From NCBI GenBank assembly GCA_964247055.1, contig OZ176052.1:6572001-6636000 (forward strand): DNA of 64,000 nucleotides. Direction: 5' to 3'. This DNA is from Paragordius varius (lineage: Eukaryota; Animalia; Nematomorpha). Shown one piece after another: positions 12,176-25,500 of the stretch. Below the pieces are notes generated by a model. It ran no database searches. It worked only from the letters and a program-made list of their open reading frames with translations, and was not told where the DNA came from. The position numbers and the translations under genes were made by a program. The first letter of the stretch is position 1. Every line of letters starts with the position of its first letter.

Positions 12176-15100
12176 ATGGAAAATTATAATTTACCCAACT
12201 ATCATATTATTTTGGGCCAGAATATTTTATCTAATGCATTCCGAGAACCTTATCATTTACCCGCTAATTCAACACTTTTTACAAAATACACTAACCTTAT
12301 CTATGGTCTAAATAATGGATTCTATGATTATAATATCTTTAGCAGCATAAGGTCCAATTCCAATATTGTTAAAGCTTTACCCCGAAGGATGATAAATGAA
12401 ACCAATGAATATTTCTTAGATATCAATCCACTCCATAATTCTTCGATTCAGGCAGAAATATTTGATTATTATTGGAAAGCATTTACAATTGACTCAGATA
12501 GTCTCCAAGATGGCCTTAATAAATCAGCTTCAAAAGCTAGCGCGGCAAATTATTCGAACTCCATAATAGGCACAAAAATTAATATCCTAAGTTGGTATCT
12601 CATAACTTATATTCTACCACTCATAACGTGCATTGGATTATTAGGCAACATTTTTACTATAATTATTTATTTTAATTCTTTTCTATATCGGGTGCCATGT
12701 TGGTGTTATTTAGCCGCACTATCCATCAGTGATTTGGGTTATTTGAGCGCAACACTCATAATATTAGCCACTTCGTTCCGATCTTCGGGTGAAGCATTCA
12801 TAAAATATAAGGGATTATGCCAATTCCTAACATATACGCATGAAACGTTTGCCTCTCTCTCCGTGTGGGTAATTGTTGTGTTTACGTTAGAACGATTTTT
12901 AGTTATTTGTGGACCTTGGAGACGCGGTAGCCTGGGAAACAGTGCTGGACCCCCATCTCTTAACCGGTATCAAATTAAGTCAACTAGTGGGGCATGGAGC
13001 AAATTAAATGCCCGACTCAACTCTCTTGCTAGAGCCAGCAAAATAATTATGATTGTTGTTTTGTGCAATGCTCTTTGGTTCTCATACCATTGGAAAATAC
13101 ATAAGGCATATACTCAGTACAAATGGACAAATGGTAATACGATGGATAGGCCAAAAAATTTTAATGAAAGTCTAGCCTTTAAGTATCCCACCATGGTCGA
13201 GTATGTATGCGACGTAAAACCCAATTTTGAATTCATATCATACGTATTAAAAAATATAGAAACAACCGTAATGTTAATCATACCATTATTCGTCATAGTT
13301 TTTTGCAATCTCATGATAGCACGAAAACTTATAAATTACCAGGAATTGTGGAAAAGGATAAATCAAAAGAATGCAAGTATCAGGTCATACCGACTTTCCT
13401 TTGGGCGTAACAATAACATTAAGAAACGCAAATATTATTTTAAAAGGCCCTCTGCGACAGGTACAGGTGATTCTGATATGGAAGGAACTAAAGCTGACAA
13501 CGCTCAAACTAAAAATTTACCATTAATCTACGCATCTAATATAAGCCCTAATTTTTGTCGAAATCAGATTTTTTCGAATTCCCAAAAACCACTGCTTAAA
13601 AAGAAATTAAGCTTAGAATCGGATCACCCTCATAATACCGTCTCCACAGATGATGAAAATATGAAGACCATTAACAATGGTGGTAATTTGTACCCAGTGT
13701 TAAATCAAAACAATATATCTAATACAGAAAATGATTGTTCCAATAATAATTCGGCAACTCATTTGACTTTGAAGGGTAAGGGCGGTTTAACAAACCATAA
13801 TGAAAATATTAGTAATATTGATTATAATAAAAACAATGAAAGTGGATCTGATAATAAAAGACTTATTCTTCGCATGATGAATAAGTTTTACAATTCATCG
13901 TCCCGCGATTCAAATCGGTCCAATACAACAACTACTAACTCATCTTCTAATACAGCAAATACACAATCTCGAGACAAAGAACCATTGTATAAACAAAGTA
14001 ATCAAAAAATATGTAAACTTAAACGTAGAGAGCGTAAATGTCGTACAGGAGCCATAGATTCAAGGGGAAAGAACTCTAAATCGCAAATGGCTGTAACAAA
14101 AATGTTACTTCTAGTATCGACTGTTTTTCTATTATTCCATACCCCTTTCCATGCCATCCGTTTCATCATGTTTATGTACTCTACGGATCTTAAAACGACC
14201 GGAATAAATCATATTATTGGAGTGGATGCAAGGAGTTGGATAACACTATCATATTTTTTACGCCATTTAAGTTATGCCATCAACGTTTTTTTGTACAGTG
14301 CCTCAGGAACCAACTTTCAAAAGGCAGTTAGACAGGTTAAGAGAGTTTGGCTATATAAATTAATGAGTTTTACAGGTCATGCACCACTAAACATGAATGC
14401 ATCTTACATATTAAAAGGGAGTTTAGTTAGCACCTATGAACCAAGTTTAAACATTAAAGACCATTTACAATCCTTAATTATGTCAAATGACAAAGTAGCA
14501 TATTATAAGATATCTTCTGCATTCGATTTAACAAATCAAGTAGAGTCTGATATTCGTCCAAATGATAATGGGAATGATCAAACTAACAATAGGGCCTCTG
14601 GAAACGGTATAACAAAATCAAAAAGTATTTTTAGCTTCGGTAAAAAGGAGTGTCAGGAGAACCATCAGACTTCGTCGTCAAGTTTTAGAAGGCTTTTACT
14701 GTTTCGAACAAATTCCTCTGGTTCATATAGTTCAGGCGTTTCTCATAATCGACCGCCCATATCGGTAAAGGTTTTTCGTCCACATTCATCTTATTATAAC
14801 AATTCTGGAATCAAAGCTGATACTTCCGCCGTCAAAAGTTCGGTTGGATCAATAAAATTTTACAATGGCCCTACAAAAGGTTTGTTCAGACAAAAGAATA
14901 GTTGTGATGGCACAAATACCACACATGTTTTGAAAAAATATGCTAACGGATTAAATACATCCCCAACAACTGAGTTTCGGTGCAAAAAAAATACCAAACA
15001 AAATAATATTAATATAGGTGAAAATGTGCCATTTAGGGCATGTTCACAATACACTTATACACAAAATTCTTATAATACTAACGTTCATCAAATTTATAAA

Positions 15101-15217
15101 GTTTCCAATTATCATATATCTCAAGATGCCATCTCAGAACGATATGAGTCTTCACAATCTGCGGCAGGTGAAGGTAGTAATATAGCACCCTCACCTGTAC
15201 CTCCACAAATCATTTAA
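12176..15217 (+). CDS. class A (rhodopsin-like) neuropeptide GPCR, CNMamide-receptor-like; single coding exon, about 1013 aa
   Basis: Seven hydrophobic helices: TM1 YILPLITCIGLLGNIFTIII, TM2 YLAALSISDLGYL, TM3 C..FLTY...SLSVWVIVVFTLERF, TM4, TM5 IIPLFVIVFCNLMI, TM6 TKMLLLVSTVFLLFHTP, TM7 YAINVFLYSASGTNFQKAV. The TM3, TM6 and TM7 strings resemble the recalled CNMaR family (SVWFVVAFTVERF, TKMLLIVSTVF, GINFVLYCVSGQNFRKA). The ORF track starts at a GTG (12152); the first ATG is at 12176. Confidence 0.88.
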   Translation: MENYNLPNYHIILGQNILSNAFREPYHLPANSTLFTKYTNLIYGLNNGFYDYNIFSSIRSNSNIVKALPRRMINETNEYFLDINPLHNSSIQAEIFDYYWKAFTIDSDSLQDGLNKSASKASAANYSNSIIGTKINILSWYLITYILPLITCIGLLGNIFTIIIYFNSFLYRVPCWCYLAALSISDLGYLSATLIILATSFRSSGEAFIKYKGLCQFLTYTHETFASLSVWVIVVFTLERFLVICGPWRRGSLGNSAGPPSLNRYQIKSTSGAWSKLNARLNSLARASKIIMIVVLCNALWFSYHWKIHKAYTQYKWTNGNTMDRPKNFNESLAFKYPTMVEYVCDVKPNFEFISYVLKNIETTVMLIIPLFVIVFCNLMIARKLINYQELWKRINQKNASIRSYRLSFGRNNNIKKRKYYFKRPSATGTGDSDMEGTKADNAQTKNLPLIYASNISPNFCRNQIFSNSQKPLLKKKLSLESDHPHNTVSTDDENMKTINNGGNLYPVLNQNNISNTENDCSNNNSATHLTLKGKGGLTNHNENISNIDYNKNNESGSDNKRLILRMMNKFYNSSSRDSNRSNTTTTNSSSNTANTQSRDKEPLYKQSNQKICKLKRRERKCRTGAIDSRGKNSKSQMAVTKMLLLVSTVFLLFHTPFHAIRFIMFMYSTDLKTTGINHIIGVDARSWITLSYFLRHLSYAINVFLYSASGTNFQKAVRQVKRVWLYKLMSFTGHAPLNMNASYILKGSLVSTYEPSLNIKDHLQSLIMSNDKVAYYKISSAFDLTNQVESDIRPNDNGNDQTNNRASGNGITKSKSIFSFGKKECQENHQTSSSSFRRLLLFRTNSSGSYSSGVSHNRPPISVKVFRPHSSYYNNSGIKADTSAVKSSVGSIKFYNGPTKGLFRQKNSCDGTNTTHVLKKYANGLNTSPTTEFRCKKNTKQNNINIGENVPFRACSQYTYTQNSYNTNVHQIYKVSNYHISQDAISERYESSQSAAGEGSNIAPSPVPPQII

Positions 15218-15842
15218 GCGTATGTTCGTGCGTTTGTGATAGTAAAAACGCACCACATAAAAATTATAAAAGCATTAACTTTATTTCTTTTGTTTTTATA
15301 ATAATATAATAACAACCAACTATAAATGCCTACTTATAATAATAGTAAAAATGAAAAATTTTAGTTCAAGGTTACATTAAGTGGTTAGTGTTTTATAGAT
15401 TATATTTCTGTGCAATTTTAACATACACTACACATTGTCCACATATACCACACCAATCTTTTGTAGTTCAAGAGCTGAGTTGCATTCCAATAATGCGCAA
15501 AATTGTTTTTAACCAGCCGCCTTACACATTTTGATCTCAATAATATCGTTTACTAATCTGAAATATAAGTAGTTTTGTGATCCAAAACGTGCAATACCAT
15601 TTATATACATATTATTCAATTACCTCTCTATTATATTCCAACTTTTTCTAATATGTATTTATTTGTTAAGTTTAAAAGTAATTTTAGCGATCGGCAAAAC
15701 ATTAAATTGTTTCGATATATAAAGTAACAAATAAATACCACCACTTATTATTACATTTAAAATATTTTATAATTTCATTTTATAATAATACAAGATAGAT
15801 TAATAAATCAATATTTCTTTTGTTTCATTTATTTATTTCTAC

Positions 15843-15846
<4 letters not shown>

Positions 15847-15877
<31 letters not shown>
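15847..15877. repeat. (TA)n microsatellite
   Basis: Perfect TA run downstream of the GPCR. Confidence 0.95.
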
Positions 15878-15885
<8 letters not shown>

Positions 15886-16278
15886 GCATGAAACATTTAA
15901 AATACGACTAAAAAAATTTTTTTGGGTATTTTTTTCAAAAATAAAATAAATAAACAATTTTTATTATCTGACAATTTAGATCTAGGATGTATTTCTCTAA
16001 ATGTTGAATTAGGTCTTTATGGTTCAAATTTTACGATTTCGACAAAAAATTTAAACCACAATTAAATAAAGCGTAAAATAACATTTAAATAAACTTGATT
16101 AGATGCATTGCAATATTAAACCAAATCAAACCAATATAGCTTAAATTTAAGTATATATTTATATGTATTAACGAATTTCCGTCAATCGCAAAATAACGAT
16201 TGAATAGTTTCATATTAAATTATTTGCGGAAAAATCATAAATATATAGTTTTTTAGTATTTTACATCTAGAACAGAAA

Positions 16279-16462
16279 TAAACTCTTCATTACCCTTTGG
16301 GGTTTCTACCCCAGAGCGACTTATTTTAAATTCACTCTTTAGTCTTTTAGGCGCATGATCCAAAAAAATTTGAACAACGGGGAATTGTATAAAAATCTTC
16401 ATTTCAAACTATTTCGGCATTTTTTATTTAAAATATTTTTTAATCGCTTATGCAACAGGTAA

Positions 16463-16508
<46 letters not shown>

Positions 16509-16781
16509 TTAAAAATAAATCAATTATATAAAGTATTCAGAAACATTTTAGCAGGAAATTTTTAATATTTATTTTATTTTAAAGTCAGCTGTTATTTCAA
16601 TCTGGTTCGGAGTCATCTATAGAAATTATAACATTGCCGAAAAAATAAGTTTTTTTATCAAATTCATAACAATGTTTGATAATTAATTTTTACCAAAACA
16701 ACCTTCAAAACAGAGTTTATATAGCTCTGGGGAACACAACTACCCCGACTAAAGAAAATTGAAAGAGTAAGGAAGAGTTAA
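16279..16781. mobile_element. piggyBac-like MITE (family P2) containing a (TA)n run at 16467-16506
   Basis: Ends TAAACTCTT...AAGAGTTAA. Subterminal inverted GGGGTTTCTACCCCAGAGC (16299) and GCTCTGGGGAACACAACTACCCC (about 16724). Related ends at about 3445-3490 and 20415-20448. Confidence 0.6.
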
Positions 16782-18829
16782 TTATGACAAAAACATGGCA
16801 TTCGTAGCCATATTTATAAAATTTTAGCTTGTTCGCCTTAAATTGAACACATTATCTGTTAAAACTTTTATAAAATATAATAGATTTATTATAAGAATTT
16901 TATATTATAATAGGCCTTGATTAAACAATTGCAACCCCGAAAAGCACAAGTCAGCATAAGTTGTATTTAACTGTTAAAATATGTATCCATTTTTGAGCAT
17001 TTAAAATATTCAAAAACATCATTACAACAACAACACTGAATTAGATATGTTTAAATTCCCACAACAAGATATCACTCTAAATTAAAATAAAAATTGTGCA
17101 AAATATAACAATAAAGCATTTTTATAATACAAACGATAATTTTGAAATTGAAAGTCTGGGAGTCAGTATATAAAAATAAATACCGAATATGCCCCAAACT
17201 GCTGATAAATATTTCGGCCATAAAACTTTTGGGCAAAGAAGAAAGGCGATTTTATCATATATTTTTTTGCAGGTGCTCAAAAAAATAGAAGTTTCCATTG
17301 AAGTTCCAATGATTTTAATTACAAAAAGCGTTTTAGTTTAACAAATTTAAGTAAAATAAGATAAGCTAAAACATTTATTCGACGACATTTTTTTGACATT
17401 TATATCTCTTATATGCCGCTGGACCCTTATTTTTACGGATACTAAAATCTAAATTTACCACATATAAACTAACCCCCCCATTTTGACATACTATAATATA
17501 ATATATTATCTAACACTTAGTGGTAATATTTTTTAAGTTAAAAGCCAGCCGTATATTAGATATATATAGACAAAATTTAGATAAGAAGAAGTTTAGACGT
17601 ATTTTTTGAATGTTTTTCGCGATTAACACATTACGGATTATCCCATAAAATCTTTTATAACCTTCCAGTAAAAAGGAGATCCATGATGCCATTTTTAATA
17701 AATATTTTGCGGTTGTTTATAATTGTAGCTTTTATACGTATTTCTTAAATAGTAGATATAACAAGACGGAAGAAATCAATAACTTGAGAAAACTGTAACT
17801 CGAAGGAGAATCGTTGTGATATTCAGCAAATCATAACTCAATATGTTAATGTTGTGCTATTATAGTTGATGATGAATTAAGTAAAAATGATATTTTTAAA
17901 TAATTGATATATTTACAAAAATCATAAGTATACTTAAGTTCTTTTTAATAATAATTGCAGTAGTGTCTATAAAAGTAAGTTAATTTCCCTTTTTTGCTTA
18001 TATAGATCGGTACAATATTAACGTCAAAAGAAAAATCCATTAATTTCAGGAATTAGTTCTTCCAAACATCATAACAAAAAATATTTCTTATCATAAAAAA
18101 CGGGAATATTTATCTGTACTGATAATACTTTTTCAGTCAAACTTTTCGTAATATTTAAATATTATGTATTTTTACTTAATATTTCTATTAACCTAACTAG
18201 CTTTATATCCATTAAAAAGTTTTCAATCAGGTTAAAAGGGGATATTTTTTGGTGTTTTATGAAGCAATGTTTGTAATATAGAAGATATAAATTATTTGTG
18301 AATATATTATGATATCCAAATCATAATTTTAAGTCATTTATTATTTTTTTGGTATAAAGTTAGGTTAAAACAAAAATAGGCCATTCATTGATGGATTGAA
18401 AAAATGAGTATTAAAATACCTAATTTTTTATATATAAATGTGAAAGAACAATTTCATATTTAGAAGGACATGACCCTGAAATTTTGGTTACTAACAAAAA
18501 ACTAAAGCCTTCCTACTAATAAAATAATGTTGATGATACTTAAAGAAGCTTAAAATTTTTTTGAATAAATTTACAGTGGATATTAATTTATTTGAGAGAA
18601 GTTGAGATTTTTAATGAATAATAATTTTAGAGGAAATTACATAAAATGTTTGAATAAGTCCAAATCTATGAGGGTTAAAATATTGTCATAATGTCATTTA
18701 AATTAATGATGTTTGAAAAAAATTAAGTTGTTCAATAATTTTTAATTTTCAATTTATTTTAAATTATTTTCAATCCTATTAACTAAGTTGTATTCACAAA
18801 AAAAAGAAAATAATTGTCATATAAAATAT

Positions 18830-19012
18830 TTTACTTGCCACAAGAGCGCGGCGTACCATATAATGCCAACAATATTTCACAGCTGTTTGACTCATGTCCA
18901 TATATTTATCGTTAAATTATAGTGCGTCAAAAAAATAAATGAATAATTCAGGGCCATAAAAGCTTTTTTAAGGCCGCATGCGGCCCGTGGGCCGAGGTTT
19001 AAGTATCATTGC
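18830..19012. mobile_element. hAT-type MITE (family of 31995-32168)
   Basis: TTCAGGGCCATAAAAGCTTTTTTAAGGCCGCATGCGGCCCGTGGGCCGAGGTTTAAGTATCATTG 3' end. The 5' end is degenerate. Confidence 0.55.
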
Positions 19013-19334
19013 AGTAACTATTGTTTTTAACAAGGTGCAAACCAAATTAACCAAGTTATCAGTAACTGCTATTGACGAGATTTTACAGGAAAAATTGAAA
19101 TTATACGAAACAAATATTTGAAGGTTGTTTTTTGGTTAAATATTAATTATCCAAAAACTGTTCACCTAGTTTAGTTATTTAATTCTGGTATATCTCCAAA
19201 ACATGATTGAAACACACATTTAATTTCAATAAGTCGAAAAATTGCTCTTTAAATGTAAGCGAAATTCTATAGTTAATTATTGATAATTTTTAATCATAAC
19301 ATATTTATTTGCATTTGTATACCATTTCCCTAAC

Positions 19335-20217
19335 AAAAAAACGTTTTCCCAGTCAAAAAGATCCCAATCTAAACATATTCCCAGTCTAAATAAATATCAA
19401 AAAAAGATATATAAATCTTTTATGCACTTTTTTTATTATGTGCCAATACATAATAATTAATGACTTACTTATTCTTTAAAAGTTATATTATATTAACTGG
19501 ATAAGCATTATATGGTTTTTGAGATATTTTCAAGAAAATATTTAATAATTTTTTTATTTTACCGATGGTTGGCTTAATAATCGAGGCTAACCTATAAAAT
19601 CTATACTTTCGGATAAACTAATTAAATTTTTAAACATAAACCATTTTCATCTCGAATCGGTCATTTAAGATTCAAATTGGTTTTAACATGTAAAGTATGT
19701 CGATTAAAATACTGTCGGAAAAGAATATCAAAACAAAAAATATTTTTATGAAAAATGAAACACAATATTTGATAAAAGATAAATAAATTAATAAATTAGG
19801 CTAGAGTTGCAAATGTTTAACATCCAATATGAAGTTTTAAATGACGGATTCGAGATGAAAATGGTATATTTTTATAAATTTTATTAGTTCATTCGAAACT
19901 ATAGATTTTATAGGTTAGCCCTGATTATTAATGCGAACCATCGATAAAATTAAAAGATTATTAAATACTTTGTTAAAAATATCTCAAAACCATACAATGC
20001 TCATCTAGTTAATAAAATATAACTTGTAAAGAATAAGTCATTAAAGATTATGTTTTGGCACATATAAAAAAATTGCATTCAATAATTGTGTTTTTCTAAA
20101 AAATATTATCCTAATTAGTGTGCTCTTAATGATTAAAAGTTTATTTATATCTTATTTGATAATTATAATCAAAAATGAAACCATTTTTTTTATTCTTTTT
20201 TGACTGGGGAAAACCTT
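19335..20217. mobile_element. foldback-type element with long inverted arms
   Basis: About 19420-19691 is the reverse complement of about 19811-20078 (e.g. AACCATTTTCATCTCGAATCGGTCATTTAA versus TTAAATGACGGATTCGAGATGAAAATGGT). Outer CCCAGTCAAAAAG / CTTTTTGACTGGG subrepeats. Confidence 0.75.
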
Positions 20218-21730
20218 TCGATTGACTGGTAAAGCGCTTTTTGACTATGGTATATTAACAATTAAGAAAACCAAAGGAAAAATGGCGGAAAAATTTTAGA
20301 TGAAGTCTTTTTACAATTTAATGATTTTTTTGATCAGCTGCCTAAAAGATTAAAAAATCCATCTAAAATTTATTAATATTTTAAATACTTATTAAATTAT
20401 TCTAATTCGGAATAACTCTGGGGTACAAAACTACCCCAAAAGGTGCTTAATATTTATATTTTAATATTTAAACGTTTTAAGAATACTTGTGGTTAATATA
20501 ATAAAAATCGTTTTTAAAAATATATTCAATTTTTATCATCTACATATTTTAAAAAATATATTTATTTACAAAAAACAACATTGATAAATTTTTATACAAA
20601 TAACGGAAAAGTACACACAAAAAAACCGTCTTGACTATTTTATCTCATTTCATGATGAAACTTTTGTAAAGTTTATATTTTGTGAATCGTATTTGTGCGG
20701 TTTCGTGTAACGTACCTTTACTAAATAGTAAAATCTAAATTCTATATGTTGTCACAAATGGGTCAATATCCGCATATTGTCCCTTTTTGAAATTAATTAT
20801 ATTTAGCGTTTTGAATTAAAATTTAATTAACATAAATTATATTAATTAATATTATATAATATATGAGAAATATATGTAAAGAAATTAATAAAAATGATTG
20901 AATATATTTTTTTATTATTTTTGGCTTATTTTAAGGGTTATGTGATTCAAAAAATAGCACCTGATTAACAAATCGGATAAATACATGATGATCACTATGA
21001 GCTAATAAGATCATGGGCGCTGTTTATTTCAAACTCAGTATGACGAATACTGTTCATAAAATTTTCCCAATTTTTAAGGCAATTTCATTTAATATATATC
21101 TAAAATCTTATAAAAACAAGTGGCCGATAAAATCTATGGATTTTATTACTCAATGATACACATCCCGAAATTTCTGTATGGTTCTGAAATTTGTGGTTTT
21201 ATAACATAAAAATATTAAAACTTAAAAACTACATTTCCATATACCATGGAAGTATCATGAATTGAATAAAAAGAATTTTTATATGACTCCAAATAGATGC
21301 AAACATCCTGTATAAATTCCCGATTGAAATTAATGTAATCACCAAACTTTAAACAAACCGGTTTTTATATATTATCCGCCAATGATACCAATAAACGTTA
21401 CACTTCTTTTAGCTCCACAAGAGATTTAAGTTTTTAGAGACCTCTGCCGAAATAACCCTTAGCGAAATTCACCAACTGAAACCTGATAAATATCCTTTAA
21501 AAGGTATGAAAACAAATGTTCCTATTGTACTTATTGAGCTTTTTAATTATATTGTTATTCTGCTTAAATTTGCGATGCTATAGAAAAATGTTAAAATAGT
21601 TAATTTATTATAAATATTAATTAAAAAAATATATCTTGATATTCAGGAAAAAAATTAAATAGAGTGTTATGACATAATAAACATTTGATAGAATTTACGA
21701 CCAACTAAATACTTTTGCATCTCTTTAAAC

Positions 21731-21945
21731 CAGGGATGTCCAACACAGGCTACGCGGACCGCATTCGGAATATATATGGACATTAATATATTAGATTTTA
21801 GACCTATGACAGTAAAAACAACTATTTATTTTAATATTTTTTGTCTATTCACGGAATTCGGAAAGACATGAAACTATTTTATTTCTTAGATTTAGTAAAA
21901 TTTTGTATTTAAAATTTCTCGTGGGCCGCATGTTGAAGACACAAG
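21731..21945. mobile_element. hAT MITE remnant
   Basis: CAGGGATGTCCAACAC 5' end preceded by CTTTAAAC (nnnTAnnn). Degenerate GTGGGCCGCATGTTG 3' end. Confidence 0.55.
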
Positions 21946-22527
21946 GTGTTGATCTTGTGTTTGACGAAATCGATCAAATTGTAGATGTTAAGAACTCAGT
22001 TTAAATAATCTGATAATTTTATTTAATATATCATTTCCGACCATCTTTTGTAAAAAACACCTATAAGCGATAAAATTATCAAACTTAACATAACGAAAAT
22101 ACATATTTAATGTCTTTTGTTCCAATGTCACATATTTAATTGAAAAATACCGTTTAATAATGCTTGCACTTCTGGTTTTTAAGATTTTTTTAGACATTTA
22201 TCCGGTTTCATTGTTTTTTGTTTAAATTGTTTCCAGTTCCATTTTTCATACAGATACAATGCCAATAATTAGCCATAAAAATATAATAAGATGCGTAAAT
22301 ATATTGTATACGAATTTATTTACTTGTTATTGTAATTTTTATCAATGAATATCAATAAAATAATGTTGACATTGATTATTTGCAAAAAATATTTAGAAAA
22401 CCAAATTTTAACCAAAATATTAGATTTCCGGTTTCCATATGTATGACCTATGCCCTTTACATCAAAAGTCACATTTATAATTTTATTATAAATTTATTTA
22501 TTAATTTTTACATATAATACCCAATAT

Positions 22528-25500
22528 TTAGCAGTAACAAAAGTGATGTTTTTTCTTTTGATCTAAAAGATATGAAAATAAAGTTTTATTTATTAATATA
22601 AAAACAAAATAGTACATAATTTAACTCTTGATAAAATGGTGGAACAACGAGATTCTAGATTTTTAATTACCATGCTGTATAAATATTTAAAGTTAATCAC
22701 CCTCATAATGACTTGTGGGCAAAAACACATGAATCATTATCCGCATCATGACCCTTTTGAAAAAAAATTAAAAGTAAAAAATGTTAAATTTTATTAAATT
22801 GATATATAATGATTAATTAATTTTTGCATTGAAAAAAATAATAATAAAATGATCCAATTTATATTTTTATTTGGCTCAACATAAGAGCTTCATAATACTC
22901 ACAAACTAGTAAGTTTATGGCTATTAGTTCTCAAATTTGGACTCAAATATTAAGGCCTATTAAAAAATCGAAAATCTTCATGATGCTTAACATAATTTAA
23001 TTAGTTTATAAGCGCTTTTATTTTAAAAAGGTAATGATAAGGGAGTCATTATAGAAGAGTCGATTGTAATCCATTATAAAAAATATTTACTGTTTTATGA
23101 CTGAAAAACATTTAGATTGTCAGTCTAATTAGTGCGGAACTTAAAATAAAATATGGTATCAGTTTTAGGTCAATTAAATAATAAAATTTCATATCTATAG
23201 GCTTAAAAAATTCATTTCCTTTATATTATAATATTTATATATAAAACCCAAAAACCTAATTTCCCGAAATTCGTTGAGTCAAGGTTGGAAGTATTACCAA
23301 AGTTTGAACGGCTTTTTAGTGATTTTTCCATTATCTTATCCATGCGCCTCATAATAAGAGCTACCAAATGATCAAACATTGCATCTATGTTAAAACCCGT
23401 AAGAGCACTTGTTTCAAAATAATCCATTCTAAAATATTATAAAATTAATATAAATGTCATGCAACTTTTAAAAATATGCATTTTATGTTATAGGTATGAT
23501 TTCAAAAATTAGATAGGTAATAAAGGCATTAAATAAAATTATGGAAACACATTTAAAATAATTAACGTTTATGGGAGCCGCATTCTGAAATGGTAAAATT
23601 AAAAATAATAAAAATGTCCATATTTTCGAAAAGTTAATTAAATACTCAATATATTAATTTTAAATTTTTTGCATAGCTGATAACATCTAATTTTGCTGTA
23701 TATTTTTAACCTTTAACATTAGATAAATAAGTAAGAATAATAGAAAGTTGTTAAAAATATTATCCATACTGATATAATTTTAAATTTTCTGTAATACTGC
23801 GTTTGTAATACGTTGCAAATTATATGCTTTTTGCTATATAAAAACGTGTATTTTTTGATCAAAATCATATTTGTACAGTGCCCATTTTCTCATCGGGAAT
23901 TAACTCATTGCCATTATAACGCTTTTGCAGTGAGCGAAAATACGGCTCGAAAACTGCAATATCCTAAGTACTTAAAATCAATAATGTGTAATTTTTGTTA
24001 TTTAGGGCGACATATTAAATTGTTAATATAAAGGATATCTGATTATTTGTTAAAATAAATGAAAAAACCCGATTGAAACCGCACTAATGAATTTTAAATT
24101 TATGAGCATTAGGTTGTGGTGGCCTTACTTAGACTGCAGTTCACCATGATCCTAAAAAACATGGTGTATAAGGCAAAGTTTTTACTTTTCACATGTGCCC
24201 TCTTGTGAAAAAACTCTTTGCGATAATTTTAAGGAGAGCATCCGAAACCGGTTATTGGTGTTTAACTAAAGGTAATCTAGACAATCCCCGGGGAAATAGG
24301 AGAATCTGGTTGGTTTGTTTTAATCGTAGTTTATAAAAATAATCAATATTAAAAAAATTTAAAATAGCTTCATTGGAATTAACTATAATACTGATAAGTA
24401 AAAGTATTATAATAAAGATTTTATTTTATATAAATATGATTTTTAATAATTAGGAGAAAAAATAGTCAAATATTTTTATAGAAACTTAACTGTTAAAACA
24501 AAAAGCCCCCCTCCAAAAAATTAAGATATTATAAAATTAGATAAGACTTATTGTCATGAGCGAATTCTTGCGCTTGTTGGTAGCTTATTTGTCGGTTTTC
24601 TTCCAAATCCACTTTGTTACCTATGTAATATTAACTTAAATATAAAAATGTACAAAACGTAAAATAATGGACCAACCTTAAAAAAGAAAAAAATAAATGA
24701 ATTTTTTTGATTATTTATTAAAAACGTTTGGTGGTAAAAAGATGTGGTAAGATTGTTCTTTTATATACTAATTTTTTTTATTAAATTTTTTGATAAGCAC
24801 TTCGATTCAAATTGGGGTATCAAAATACCCCAGACTAAATTTAGGTTATTTCTAAAAAAAATACTGAAGGAAACGGTCCTAATTTAAATTTATGCTTCTA
24901 ATTGCATAAATATGCCAATATATCTAACTAATATTTCGTTTTGAAAAAAAAATTTCATGTCAAACTACTTCGACGCCATTTACAAAATTTTTGCAAAATA
25001 TCGTCTTCGTTACGTTTTAAGGCTAAAATTAAAGCTAATTTTTTATTTAAATTACATCTAACATTTTATAAATAGAAAAGTGGTTTGCATTATTTTCCAA
25101 TTTTCCCATTGCACACATGTCTCGTTGACTAAATTTTTACCTTTAGATTTTAGCTCAAAATAAGTAATATCAAGTATTTTGAATAAATTTTTTTAATAAT
25201 TCTGTTTATTAATGTTATATAAGTGCAGGACTGTGCCATGGGTTCGATTCCTTCCATATTTTTTAAAGAATATAATTGTAAACAGGCCTGAGGTATCCAA
25301 CTACCCAATATGAATCGAAGGACTAAAATGAATGTGTTGTATCCAAGTGTTAACTATGCCACATTAGACTTTTTGGCAAAAAAGGATGATAGTTAAATTA
25401 AAAAATATTATAACATTTTCAAAAAATATATTTTAAAGCCTGTTGATTTCTTTAATTTACCAGTGGTTTGAATGTACAGTTGATATGATAACCGATTTTA

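Noticed and set aside
13114-15054. Minus-strand ORFs 13114-13314 and 14860-15054
   Set aside because: These are antisense shadows of the GPCR exon with no recognisable motifs.
21300-21510. Coding-like composition patch
   Set aside because: All six frames are interrupted by stops and no family motif was recognised.
24130-24185. Hammerhead ribozyme-like fold
   Set aside because: The core reads CTGCAGT and TATA instead of CUGANGA and GAAA.
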